Source: an uncultured Chloroflexia bacterium
GTDB lineage: Bacteria > Chloroflexota > Limnocylindria > Limnocylindrales > CSP1-4
NCBI GenBank assembly: GCA_963819655.1
Contig: CAWFXA010000002.1
Coordinates: forward strand, 224,001 to 288,000
Length of the DNA: 64,000 bases
Reading direction: 5' to 3'
Both the position numbers and the translations under genes were made by a program. Below are positions 52,775 to 63,155 of the stretch, piece after piece (the stretch's first letter is position 1; every line of letters starts with the position of its first letter). Below the pieces are notes generated by a model that was not told the origin of the DNA, made no database searches, and was given only the letters and a program-made list of their open reading frames with translations.

Positions 52775-53743
52775 TCAGACGGTGCGGAGGAAGAACGTCG
52801 CCTGATCGCCCTTTTCCGCCCGGTTCAGCGCATCGGCCTCGCGCTTCCAGGCTGCGACTTGGTTGCGGCCGAAGATAGGGCTCGTGCCGCCGTGAGGTGG
52901 GTCCACGCTGCGCGGATCGGAGAGCGGGATGTCCATGCGGTACTGCTCGCTGCCCCAGAACTGAAGCGCGGTCGAGTCGTACTTCGTCCCGACAACGTCG
53001 AAACCGCACGCGCGCGCGAGCTTGGTGAAGCTTGTCGGCGTGTGGAGGTAGTAGTGACGGGGCGGGTCAAGCTGAACCCAGTGTTCCCGGTAGCGCCGAA
53101 AGGCTTCGGCGCGAGCGGTAGCCGCACGCACAGCTGGGTTTTCGGCCGGCAAGCGAGCGGAGCTCGCCGAGCACGCGGCGTTGCTCCCGGCATGTGCTCG
53201 AGGCTGTGGCTCAAAAGGATGAAGTCCGGCTGTCGCTCGACCTCGTCGAGCTTCCTTCTGATCACGAAGCCCGATTGGCGTCGCAAGGCGTCACTCGCGA
53301 ACGGATCGACCCCTTCGAGCTTCGTGAAGCCGTCGCGCCAAAGCATGGATAAGAGAAGCCCATTTCCGCAGCCCACGTCCAGGATGGCGCTCTGAATCCC
53401 ATCCGGGCGAACTTCAGCCAGTCGTAGCACTGGCCGAGCCGAGCAGCCTTACGAGCGCGAGCCCGAGCGGGTCCTCTGGCCGAGGGCGTAAGCCGCGCGC
53501 TTTTTCTGAGCCAGCGCTGACGCGCTCGAAGGAGCTCCGACGGGGCAGGACGAGTCAAGGAATAGTAGTCGCTCGGTGCAGTCAGCTCGCGATGTTCGAC
53601 GGGTACTCGGCGATCTGCACGCAACCGCAGCTCGGACATTCGAGGTACTCGAACATGTCACGGCGGCCGAACATCATCTCCCGCGCCACGATGGGCGGAC
53701 CGCTGATGCCAGCCCCGCAGATGCGGCAGGATTTCGTGCTCAT
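52775..53743 (-). CDS. Class I SAM methyltransferase with N-terminal Zn ribbon (frameshifted)
   Basis: CRICG..CPSCG, ILDVGCGNG, HSLEH, W.QLDPPRH. Confidence 0.85.
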
Positions 53744-53854
53744 GGACAAGGCGTCGGCAGTGATTGCTCGGATTGTAGGCGCCCGCTTGATACGTCTACG
53801 TCGCCTTGAAAGTCAAGTCCCCGTGCGGCATGAGAGGCCGGGGGATAGCTCCTC

Positions 53855-55624
53855 TTACGGGAGATGCCGGAAGATCCGACCGTCGCCGCCTCGGAATGGG
53901 ATGGGTTCGCCGAAGGCGAACGTCTGGCCCGACTCCACATCGAGCAGGCGACCGGACAACGAACTGGTGAGCGTCACGTCGCGCGCAGCGCACGACGTAT
54001 TCGCTGTGACGACGTATCGCACGCCGGTTGCGTCGGTCATGGTGCTGGCGTAATTCGCACCGGCGAACACCTGATCGGCCTGCTTCGTGAAGCTCGGCAA
54101 GGCCGCGGTCCTGCTAGCGACGTCGCCGACCTCGGCATAGAGGGCGGGTTGATCGCGCAGCCCCAGCCAACCTTGCTGGCTCGAGTAGATGAACCACCAT
54201 ATCCCTTGCGCGCCTTCGCCGAGCGCGATCCAGTTCTGGAGGCGAACCTCCTCGGCGCTCGGATACCTGAGCTTCGTGCCGACCGGACCGAACGTCGTTT
54301 GGTGGGTCTGGAGAACGAGCCAGAGCGGAACGCTCGCCGGTTTCGTGCGCGTCGTGTAGCGGATCTCGTCAACGAATGTTCGCGCCCATGAGCAGGGTGT
54401 CGTTGTCTCGTCGGCAGGGTAGTTGTACGTCAGGAACGCATCGGGCCGCACATAATCGAAGACCTGCTGGCCAAAATCGCTCTCGACCATCATCGGGGAG
54501 GCCGGCCGCCCTGGATCGCGCTCACGGAAGACCTCCACGGCCAGGCGCATCAGCTCGTTCTTGTCCGGCGTCGCGTCATCGACCAGGTTGTAGCCACGGA
54601 TGCTTGGGTGGACCTTGAGTTCGTCCACCATCGGCCCGATGATTTGTCGAGCCGTTGTGATGTTCGGAGTCGCCGCAAGGTTCCACCATCGCTCGTAGAG
54701 GTCGCCCATCATCCAGGACGCGTAGACAGGGAAGTCTTGGGCATCGGAGACGTCGGCCAGAGGAAGCTGATGGAGGAAGCCGTTCGTGAACATCACCGAC
54801 GGGATGTTGCGCAAGCGCAGGTCGGTGATCATCGCAGCCATCGCGCTCGCGCTGCCGACCATCCCAGCGTCCTCGAATACGCCGTACGCGATCGGTGTGC
54901 CTGACGGTGCGGCCGGCATCGGCTTGGACGTAGGCGTGAGCGTCGGGTGCGGCGTCGGATCCATCGCCGGCATCGGTGCGGCGCTCGGCGCAGACAGGGC
55001 GCTCGGCGCTGGCTGGGTCGTAGGCTGAACAGGAGGCTGGTCCCGGACACTTCGAACCACGATGGCGTCAATCGCTACCATCGCATGGCCTTTGGTCCCC
55101 ATCACCACGATGGTGAGCCGTCGGGCCCTGACGCTGCCGAATGTGGCCTTGAACAGCACTCGAGTCGGTCGGAAAACCGATGAGTAGGTATCGACGGTCT
55201 TCGCGTACTTGCCGTCGATGTACACCTTGGCCTTGCCTCGAGTCGGCCCCACAGGTCCGATCCAAGCAACGCCGTCGCCGCTGAATTGGAATGTGGCTCG
55301 CGCGAGCGCGTCACGCGAGGATCTCGCCTTACTACCCATGTAGCGCGGATATCTCGCAATGGTCCAACGTCCACGGTACGAGAAGCGGGCGCTACCTTCT
55401 TGATACGTCCTGACCGTTCCAGACTCCGACCAATTCGAGACCAGGGTCGAGACGGGTGGCGGAGTGCCCGCCAAAGTCTGCTCGTTCGGCACGACGAGAC
55501 CGACAAGGGCGATAGCCATCACGCCAGTGGCAAACCAGTCCCGAATCCGCCGACGAGGCTTCGAAGGCGGTACCTGAGCCTCGAAGACCCAATCCCTGCG
55601 GTCGGCGATCCGGACGTTTCTCAA
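53855..55624 (-). CDS. Secreted glycoside-hydrolase-like protein (CBM-like, P/T/A linker, TIM-barrel-like)
   Basis: N-terminal hydrophobic segment, GKAKVYIDG, HPSIRGYNLVDD, ALGEGAQGIWWF; true start may be downstream. Confidence 0.6.
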   Translation of the reverse strand: MRNVRIADRRDWVFEAQVPPSKPRRRIRDWFATGVMAIALVGLVVPNEQTLAGTPPPVSTLVSNWSESGTVRTYQEGSARFSYRGRWTIARYPRYMGSKARSSRDALARATFQFSGDGVAWIGPVGPTRGKAKVYIDGKYAKTVDTYSSVFRPTRVLFKATFGSVRARRLTIVVMGTKGHAMVAIDAIVVRSVRDQPPVQPTTQPAPSALSAPSAAPMPAMDPTPHPTLTPTSKPMPAAPSGTPIAYGVFEDAGMVGSASAMAAMITDLRLRNIPSVMFTNGFLHQLPLADVSDAQDFPVYASWMMGDLYERWWNLAATPNITTARQIIGPMVDELKVHPSIRGYNLVDDATPDKNELMRLAVEVFRERDPGRPASPMMVESDFGQQVFDYVRPDAFLTYNYPADETTTPCSWARTFVDEIRYTTRTKPASVPLWLVLQTHQTTFGPVGTKLRYPSAEEVRLQNWIALGEGAQGIWWFIYSSQQGWLGLRDQPALYAEVGDVASRTAALPSFTKQADQVFAGANYASTMTDATGVRYVVTANTSCAARDVTLTSSLSGRLLDVESGQTFAFGEPIPFRGGDGRIFRHLP

Positions 55625-55839
55625 TTGCGATCGATCTCCTAGCTGGCTGTCTGCTCAGCGGAGCACGTCGATGCGCATCGCTGGGAGCGTGGCGGGGCGC
55701 GGCGCCTCGAGAGCGATGCGACGTCGGCAACCGGCTGACTCAGTGGGCCGGTAGCGCTGCCGCCTGCCTCGCGACCGGCGTGCTGGTAGGTAAGCGGCCG
55801 ATCGAGCAGGTGATCCGAGCCTGCGATCCACCTTGAGGC

Positions 55840-56743
55840 ATGGAATGTATGCAGCGCAATGGTGATTTCGTCCCGCCATGGACGAACGTCCCAACCACAG
55901 GACCTGCGATCTTCGTGGCTATGACATCGCCCCGGGGCTTGGATGGAGAGGTGCAGCGCCCCTCCTGGTGCTTGCTACGACGGCTGCCACCGTGCGCGCG
56001 GGCGATCGCTCCGAGCATCAGCCCTTAGCGCACGAACACGGAACGTGCCTATGATCTCCAGCGGAACATCCTGTGGCACCAGAGACGGGTCGACCAGCGA
56101 CAAGTCGCGACATGGAATTTTGGTGGCGTTACACAGGGACGCCGCCGAGGCGGATGGTCCGCCTCCCATTGGGCGTGGACACGCAGCTTTTCAGACGCAG
56201 GCGTCCGTCCCGCCTACCGCCCGGCACGGAGACTGCGACGCAGCTCATCGCGGTGGGCCGGTTCGATCCGGAGAACGATCTCCACATCGCCCTGGAGGCC
56301 GTGGCAAAGGTACGCGCGGGTTTTCGTGATGAACTCGTCCTTAGTATCGTGGGTGATCGGCCACTACTTTCGGCGCTTCGGCAACAGGCGCGTGGACTCG
56401 AGATCGATGACGCCTTGATCTGGCACGGAGAAGTGCCAGATGGGAGACCTGGTCCGCCTGTATTCCGCTTCCGAATTGATGCTGATGCCCAGACAGAGCG
56501 GCGCGCCGCCGCGCGTCGTGGGCGAGGCGATGGCGTGTGGTCTCCCGATGGACGATTACGTTGAGCATGGAGAAAACGGGACTGCTCGCGCCACCAGGTG
56601 ACATTCCCGCCTTCGTCGAGAACCCGAGGCACCTCCTCCTGGATGATCGGAAGCGAGTTCGCACTGGCGTCCCGGGCCAGACGCCATGCGGAGGCAGTCT
56701 GTCATGGGACGTGGTTGCGCGTCGGCTATCCAGCGAGGTCTAG
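55840..56743 (+). pseudogene. Degraded GT4 glycosyltransferase
   Basis: Fragments VGRFDPEND, IVGDRP, EAMACGLP, TGLLAPPGD in different frames. Confidence 0.65.
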
Positions 56744-57124
56744 GGAGCGTTGGACCGCGCTTATGGCCACCTTCGATGACGAGATCGACCTACCGATCCA
56801 ATTGTTCATCCTATGGCTGGCCGACTCGTGCCGGCTGGTGACGCGGGACTCCCAGCCGTCGGGTGACGGTCTCGGGGCAACGTCCCTGCGTACCCGCCCT
56901 TTGCGTGCGGCCAGTCACTTTCGAGTGAGTTCGTGGTGCCTGATGGACGGCAATGACAATGGTCCGGCCAGAAATTCGTCGAGGTTCAGGGCGCCTCGAC
57001 GCGCCGGCTTTGCGCTGGCGGTGGTCGCTTGAGCGCTACCGTTGTGCTCGGCCAAGACCGAGCATCAGCATACTTCGGCCCGCTGATTCCGGTGAATTCT
57101 GCCGTGACCGGTTGCAGGCGAGCG

Positions 57125-59062
57125 TTATCGGGCGTGCGCCAAGCGCCGAAGCCCGTCCGCCCAGAGGTGGAGCATGAGCAGCGTCCACACCTGCGTCACC
57201 CACCGCCCTTCGCTGAGGGCCGCGTCATGGGAGGTGACGCTCGCGACAGCGTCTGGGTCGACGAGGCCGTCGTCCCGCACGCGATCCCGATCCAAGCTCT
57301 CCGCGACAAGTGGGCGTAAGGGGCCGCTCAACCAAGCGGCCATCGGAGCGGCGAACGGACGCTTCGGGCGCTCGAGTATGAACGCCGGGACGTCGCTCGC
57401 GAACGCCGACTTCAGCAGGTTCTTGGGGCGACCATAGGGCGCTCTCGTCTGGTACGGCAACGCGAGCGCGAGGTCGACAACCTCGTTGTCCTGGAACGGG
57501 ACACGCGCCTCGATCGAATTGAGCATCGTCATGCGGTCGACACGCTGGTTGAAGTGGTCTCGGACCCACAGGAGCAGGTCTAGCAGGGCGATCCGTTCGC
57601 CTAGATGTCCGGGGGGCACTCCGTCGAGTAGGCTCTCGACGAGACGCGTCGCATTCATGGGACGCTGTGTGGCGTCCGCACCGATCAACCGCATCCGCTG
57701 GGGCCCGGGAAAGATGCCGTGGGTCGAGACGTAGCGATCGCCATCCGAGGCACCCACCACGCCGAGCAGGTTTTCGGCGTGCTTCCCAATCCGACTAGAG
57801 GATGGCGACAGTCGCGCTACCGCCCGGGCGGCTTCACGCAAAAGCGGGAGCCTCTCGTACTTCGCCTGGCGCCATGCCGCCGCATGCCACGGATACCCGA
57901 GAAATAGCTCGTCGCCGCCATCGCCGGTCAGCAGAACCTTGATCCCGCCCTGCGCGGCAAGCCGGCTGATCGCGTGGATGCTGACGAACGAGGCCTCCCA
58001 TACCGGTTCGTCGAGGCCGACCGCGAGCATTCTCACAAGCCCGCGCAGGTCGGTGTCGTCGTCGATCACCACCTCGTGGTGTCGCGAACCCAAGTGTTGC
58101 GACAGCCGACGGGCATAGTCCGCGTCGAGGTTGAGGTCGGAGCCGGGACCGATCCGCAACGCCTCAGACCGGAACGCGACGGTGAAAGTGTTCAGCGGCT
58201 GCGTGGCCGCCGCCGCCGCGGAGACGGCAACGATGGCTGAATCGACCCCCCCGCTCAGGAGGACACCGACGGGCACGTCGCTCCGCATCTGACGGACGAC
58301 GGCAGCGCGGAGCGTCGCACGGACGGCCTCCTTGGCCCATCCGGGATCGCCTGGGTGGCCATCCACCGGCGTTGCCGAGTGCGGACGCCAGAACTCCGAG
58401 AGCTGGAGGTCGCCCGTCGAGTCGATCGTCAGCCAACTGCCCGGCTGAAGCTTGCGAACGTCCTTGACGAGGCTGTACGGGGCGGGGACGAACCCGAACG
58501 TCAGGAATAGGTCCAAGGCCTCACGATCGATCTGGAATGGCACCCCGGCCTCACGGACTAGGGTTCGGAGCTCCGACGAGAAGACGAGGCGGCTGCCGTC
58601 CCATGTGTAGTACAGGGGCTTGATTCCCATGCGGTCGCGGGCGAGAACGACACGGCCTCTGTCGGGATCCACGATCGCGAAGGCGAACATGCCATTTAGC
58701 TCCGAGAAGCTCTCGATGCCTCGGTCCCGATAGGCGTTCAGGACGGTCTCCGTGTCTGTTCGCGACCGAAACCCGAACCCGCGAGCAATGAGCACGCGGC
58801 GCAGCTCGGGCTCGTTGTACAACTCGCCGTTGTATGCGACGCAATATCGCCCGTCGTCGGAATGCAGCGGCTGGTCGCCGGCCGAGCTCAGGTCCAGGAT
58901 CGCCAGCCGCCTGCTCGATATAGCGACCTCGAGTGAACCAAGGTCATGACGGTGCGTGTCGCCCTGATCGGGCCCTCGGTGCACCAGGGATGCGCCCATT
59001 CGCTCCGCGAGTCGTACGTCGGCGGCACCGCCACATTGGACGATGCCGGCGAAGCCGCACAT
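57125..59062 (-). CDS. asnB: Asparagine synthase (glutamine-hydrolysing)-family amidotransferase
   Basis: MCGFAG, RGPD, NGELYN, LSGGVDS, GDGGDELF.GY, EARVPF. Confidence 0.93.
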   Translation of the reverse strand: MCGFAGIVQCGGAADVRLAERMGASLVHRGPDQGDTHRHDLGSLEVAISSRRLAILDLSSAGDQPLHSDDGRYCVAYNGELYNEPELRRVLIARGFGFRSRTDTETVLNAYRDRGIESFSELNGMFAFAIVDPDRGRVVLARDRMGIKPLYYTWDGSRLVFSSELRTLVREAGVPFQIDREALDLFLTFGFVPAPYSLVKDVRKLQPGSWLTIDSTGDLQLSEFWRPHSATPVDGHPGDPGWAKEAVRATLRAAVVRQMRSDVPVGVLLSGGVDSAIVAVSAAAAATQPLNTFTVAFRSEALRIGPGSDLNLDADYARRLSQHLGSRHHEVVIDDDTDLRGLVRMLAVGLDEPVWEASFVSIHAISRLAAQGGIKVLLTGDGGDELFLGYPWHAAAWRQAKYERLPLLREAARAVARLSPSSSRIGKHAENLLGVVGASDGDRYVSTHGIFPGPQRMRLIGADATQRPMNATRLVESLLDGVPPGHLGERIALLDLLLWVRDHFNQRVDRMTMLNSIEARVPFQDNEVVDLALALPYQTRAPYGRPKNLLKSAFASDVPAFILERPKRPFAAPMAAWLSGPLRPLVAESLDRDRVRDDGLVDPDAVASVTSHDAALSEGRWVTQVWTLLMLHLWADGLRRLAHAR

Positions 59063-59568
59063 CAATGTCGCCCGTCCGAGGCGAGGCTCGGCACGGTTCG
59101 ATGGTGTTCGTCTCCCGCCTTCGTGTTAGCGTCATGGCCCGTGAGACTATCCGCGGACGTGGGACGTTGCCCGCCGGTCCTAGCTGACCGGCGAATCGCC
59201 GTCCCAGACCTCGCGGCGGTCGTTGGGTCGGCGATCATCAGCGCGACGCAGCTCGCGTCCACGTCCGTCTTCGCCCCGGCCGGCACCTCTCTCTTCTCCG
59301 GACGCCATGGATCCAGGAGTTCAGGCTTGCCATGTTCGGGACGGCCGTAGGACTCCTGTGCATCAAACGGCCGGAATATGGACGATCAACAGACCAACCG
59401 AGAATTGCATCGCCCGCAGGCGAACGTCCTGATATGTGCACCCTGGCACCAGCTGTTTCTCACCGACGTCATTCCCGAGGCGCGGATTAGGTACAAAGGA
59501 CCGATGTGCCGGCCAGCGATGCCGCGGCTACGCGGCGGTAAATCGCGCGTCCGCGACGCGAAGATCAA

Positions 59569-60849
59569 TTGAGCGGCGGTAGTAGACGGCCACAAGCGGC
59601 GGCATTCGTCTCGCTCGGGGTCGCACACATCATCGGTTCCGCCATCTTTGCCTTCACGAGCTTGTACCTCGCGCGCTCATTGATCCCGCACGAGTATGGA
59701 CGCTTCGCGTTCGGACTAAGCGTTCAGACGTTACTCGTCATCGGAGTAGGACTCGGCTTGACCACGGCAGTTACCGCCGCCGTCGCCCGAGCACGGGTCG
59801 AGGACACCGAGACGTGGCCCGTCGTGACCGCGCTACTGGCCATCCGGGTCGCATCGGTCGTGACGGCTGGCATCGGCGCTGCGTTATGGGCAGGCCTGAC
59901 CTCCGAAGTGATCCCCTTCCTCGCCGGCCTCGCCGCAGGCACTTTCCTTTTATTGGACTTCCTGGTTGGGATCATGAAAGGCCAACTCAAGGCCCGATCG
60001 GTGGCATTCGTCGCGATAGCCCAGCCAGTGTGCTTTCTCACGATCGTGGTATTGGCCCAACCCGATGATGCCGTGGCGGCACTCGGAGCCTTTCTTGGCG
60101 GCAGCGCGGTGGCTCTTCTCAGTGCGACCGCGCTCACCAGCGGCACCATGCATCGTTGGGCCCGCGTCGGTGTGAGGGTGCGGCCCGAACTGCGGCAGGT
60201 CGGAAGCCTTGCTGGCTACGCGTATGTCCTGACGTTTCTGCAGTTGGGGTACAGCATCCTCCCGATAGTGCTGCTCGGGCTAAATGGCAGGTATGAGGAG
60301 GCCGCCTCGCTGTCCGTGCTGATGGCGCTCGTGCGTTTCCTCCCCGATGGGATCGCGGCGGCTCTGAGCGCCGACTACTTTCCGAGGCTGCACGCGAACC
60401 GCGACCGGCGAGTGCGTAATCGTCTTTTCCGCAGGTACCTTCTTGTGATCCTGGCATGCACACTGACTGCCGGCGGCGTCCTAGCCGTCTTCGGCCAGCC
60501 CCTGTTAAGCGTGCTGTTCTCAGGTCGGTACGACCACCTTGGCGAGTACCTCCCGATGGCGGCCCTCCTTATCATCGGTCTTCCCATCGAGGCGCAGCTC
60601 GTGTGGACCCTCTTGTCCGATGGTCTTGGGCGCATCGCAGTGGCGGCGCTGACCACGCGCCTGCTGCTGGTCCTTGCAGGGGCGACCATCTTCGTTTGGT
60701 CCGCGCCAGATGCGTCGTTCTTGCTGCTGATCCTTGCGCCAGTAGCAGCGACAGGGGTGAGTCTCGTCATGCAGGGTGGCGCGCTCGCAATGTTCGAGAT
60801 GGCCGAGCAGCGGGCTGCTAGGCGGTTAGCGGCGTCAGGAGCCAAATGA
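59569..60849 (+). CDS. Wzx-like oligosaccharide flippase
   Basis: LARSL.PHEYGRF N-terminus plus about 12 TM. Confidence 0.75.
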   Translation: MSGGSRRPQAAAFVSLGVAHIIGSAIFAFTSLYLARSLIPHEYGRFAFGLSVQTLLVIGVGLGLTTAVTAAVARARVEDTETWPVVTALLAIRVASVVTAGIGAALWAGLTSEVIPFLAGLAAGTFLLLDFLVGIMKGQLKARSVAFVAIAQPVCFLTIVVLAQPDDAVAALGAFLGGSAVALLSATALTSGTMHRWARVGVRVRPELRQVGSLAGYAYVLTFLQLGYSILPIVLLGLNGRYEEAASLSVLMALVRFLPDGIAAALSADYFPRLHANRDRRVRNRLFRRYLLVILACTLTAGGVLAVFGQPLLSVLFSGRYDHLGEYLPMAALLIIGLPIEAQLVWTLLSDGLGRIAVAALTTRLLLVLAGATIFVWSAPDASFLLLILAPVAATGVSLVMQGGALAMFEMAEQRAARRLAASGAK

Positions 60850-62022
60850 TCGATCTGTTGATGCCGACGCGCGACGATAGACCTCGATCGTCCTGTCGAC
60901 GGTGAGGGGCCAGGCGAACCTCATCGACCGCTCTCGACCCCGTCGTCCACGTTCCTGTGCGGCAGCGGGGTCCGAGAGGAGGTCCATGGCAGCGGTGGCG
61001 AGACCTGATGCGTCGCGAGCTTCAACGACGGTCGCGGCATCGCCGGTCACTTCGATGAGTGCCGGGGCACTGCTGATGACAACCGGCCTGGCACAGGCCA
61101 GTGCCTCGAGTGCCGGTAGACCGAAGCCTTCGTACAGAGACGGGATGAGCACGACGTCGGCAAGGTTGTAGAAACTCGGCAGATCCGCTTCAGGAACGTC
61201 GTCGATGAATCGGATCGCATCTGCGATCCCGAGGTCGTTCGCCAGTTGGCGCATCCCCAGTCGCCTGAAAGGGACGGAACTGGGCCCCACCTTGAGCAAC
61301 ACGACCTCCGGTACGACTTGGCGGATGATCGGCAGCGCGCGCCAGATCGTCTCGAGGTTCTTTCGGGGCTCGTCATTGCCGACGTAGACGAGAAAGGGCC
61401 GGCCATCGGGCAAGGCATATCGCTCGCGGAACGCTTGCGGTACCTGAAATGGGCGGAACTGCGTGTGATCCACGCCCAGAGGCGTCACCGTGATCCGTTC
61501 CTCAGGCAGACCGGCGGATTCGATGAGCGTCCGCCTTGTCCATTCAGAGACCGACAGGATCTGGTCGACGTTGGCCAGCGCATGGATGGCTTCCGAATCG
61601 AACCATCTGTGGATGCGATGTCCATAGCCGCTGAGCCCTGGTGAGTCTCGGAAGAGGAACGGGCCGATGTCGTGGACCGTCACGATCGTCGGTCCTGGGG
61701 GCGGTGACACGACCAGCGCTGCGGCGTAGGTATGCCCGGTCAGGTGATACACGTCCGCCGGGGGCCACGCCAAGCGAACGGGGTACCGGCTCAGGAAGGT
61801 GTTGAGGTCCGCGCCTACATGGCGAGCTGCGTCCAGGACCCGAGACAGGGCACCTCGCGGAGTGGTTTCCAGTCGGACAACATTGACGCCCCGTGGGCCC
61901 AGGCCCGCGTCGAGGCGATCGACGTATCGCCTAACCCCCGATCCGCCCGCCTCCTCGCGGGCGACCAGACAGACGGTCAACGACAGCGATTTGTTGGTGT
62001 CCGAATCGATCGCGTCTACCAC
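60835..62022 (-). CDS. GT4 glycosyltransferase
   Basis: EPRKN, PSLYEGFGLPALEALAC; start uncertain. Confidence 0.92.
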   Translation of the reverse strand: MVDAIDSDTNKSLSLTVCLVAREEAGGSGVRRYVDRLDAGLGPRGVNVVRLETTPRGALSRVLDAARHVGADLNTFLSRYPVRLAWPPADVYHLTGHTYAAALVVSPPPGPTIVTVHDIGPFLFRDSPGLSGYGHRIHRWFDSEAIHALANVDQILSVSEWTRRTLIESAGLPEERITVTPLGVDHTQFRPFQVPQAFRERYALPDGRPFLVYVGNDEPRKNLETIWRALPIIRQVVPEVVLLKVGPSSVPFRRLGMRQLANDLGIADAIRFIDDVPEADLPSFYNLADVVLIPSLYEGFGLPALEALACARPVVISSAPALIEVTGDAATVVEARDASGLATAAMDLLSDPAAAQERGRRGRERSMRFAWPLTVDRTIEVYRRASASTDRSFGS

Positions 62023-63155
62023 CGCGACCGGCCGTCCTCTGACACTGAATCCACCGCTGCGAGGAGGATCGAGACTTGATCGAGCAGGACGAAGACCGGG
62101 ATTGTGACAACGACCCGCCCGGATAGCGTCGTACCTGTTACGCGTGCGCCCACCCAAAGGCGACGTACTCGATTCATGGTGGTGATCCCAGCGGCGGTCA
62201 AGGGGGCCACGAGGGCACGCGGGCCGAACATCACGGCGAGCGCCGGTCCGATCAGGATCGTCGCGGCGATGACAACCGCAAAGACGGTGATCGCCATCTC
62301 ACGCCACGCACCGAATCGTGGGCCATGTATCAACAAATTCTTGACCCAGCGTCGATTCGCTCCTAGGTAGCTGCCAGAATCGGTCGGGTACCTCGTCATG
62401 ATTAGGCTGTCTGGCACCAGATGGATCGAGTTGCCAGCCGCCGCCAACGTGTGGCCGAGTACGTAATCCGTGCCAGTGCGGGCCGGAGCATCTAGCGCGA
62501 ATGACGACTCAACGGTTCGCCGCAGCGCGGCGCAGTTCCTCCCGAGCACGCTGGACGTGAGCGTCCGTCCACTCGGACGCGAGCCTGAAATACTCAACCA
62601 TTGGGACAGGACGAATGGATCTCGGCGCTGCTCAGGCAGCGGCTCGTCGAACCCCGTTGTGACCGCGGCGCCCCTCGTCAACGGCTCGATCAACCGCTCG
62701 AACGGCTGATCGGCCAGCAAGCAGTCCGCATCGGTCAGGACCAGGACTTCCCCGGTCGCAGCGGCAAGACAGCGTCGAAGGGCCCCTTGCTTTCCGTCGC
62801 CGGGCTCCTGGGCAATGACGATCACGCGATCTCCCGCCCAAGGACTCGCTAGATCGTACGTACCGTCCGCACCACCCGCGCAGATGACCATCTGCAGGTC
62901 CGGATAGGTCAACTTCGCGAAGCTCGCAAGATGCCGTTCGATGATGGAGGCTTCGTTCCACGCGGCCACGAGGACGCTGACCGAGGGGCTTGCCGCCCAT
63001 CGACTCGCTCGTTCCAAAGGCTCGTCGTTGAGCGGTTCGGGTCCGAGCCTGGATGCATCGCGCCAGGCTTGCCAATTGCGCACTGCTGCTACAGAGAGTA
63101 GGACCAGCGCACCGATGACCGAGAGGCGGCCGGAGGAAGACCGGAGCCGTTTCAC
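62016..63155 (-). CDS. GT2 glycosyltransferase, membrane-bound
   Basis: VAAWNE, GKQGAL, TDAD, GTD, RRW. Confidence 0.85.
   Translation of the reverse strand: MKRLRSSSGRLSVIGALVLLSVAAVRNWQAWRDASRLGPEPLNDEPLERASRWAASPSVSVLVAAWNEASIIERHLASFAKLTYPDLQMVICAGGADGTYDLASPWAGDRVIVIAQEPGDGKQGALRRCLAAATGEVLVLTDADCLLADQPFERLIEPLTRGAAVTTGFDEPLPEQRRDPFVLSQWLSISGSRPSGRTLTSSVLGRNCAALRRTVESSFALDAPARTGTDYVLGHTLAAAGNSIHLVPDSLIMTRYPTDSGSYLGANRRWVKNLLIHGPRFGAWREMAITVFAVVIAATILIGPALAVMFGPRALVAPLTAAGITTMNRVRRLWVGARVTGTTLSGRVVVTIPVFVLLDQVSILLAAVDSVSEDGRSRW

Noticed and set aside
53575-53590. In-frame TGA in the methyltransferase as selenocysteine
   Set aside because: Lies in an indel cluster (expected YYPxDYYS motif); no Cys-equivalent position or SECIS seen
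57125-59062. AsnB as a lasso peptide cyclase
   Set aside because: Intact N-terminal Cys glutaminase domain; no B protein/RRE or precursor peptide nearby
59066-59568. 500-bp divergent spacer as ncRNA or small gene
   Set aside because: No convincing hairpin set, RBS-led ORF or repeat found by eye
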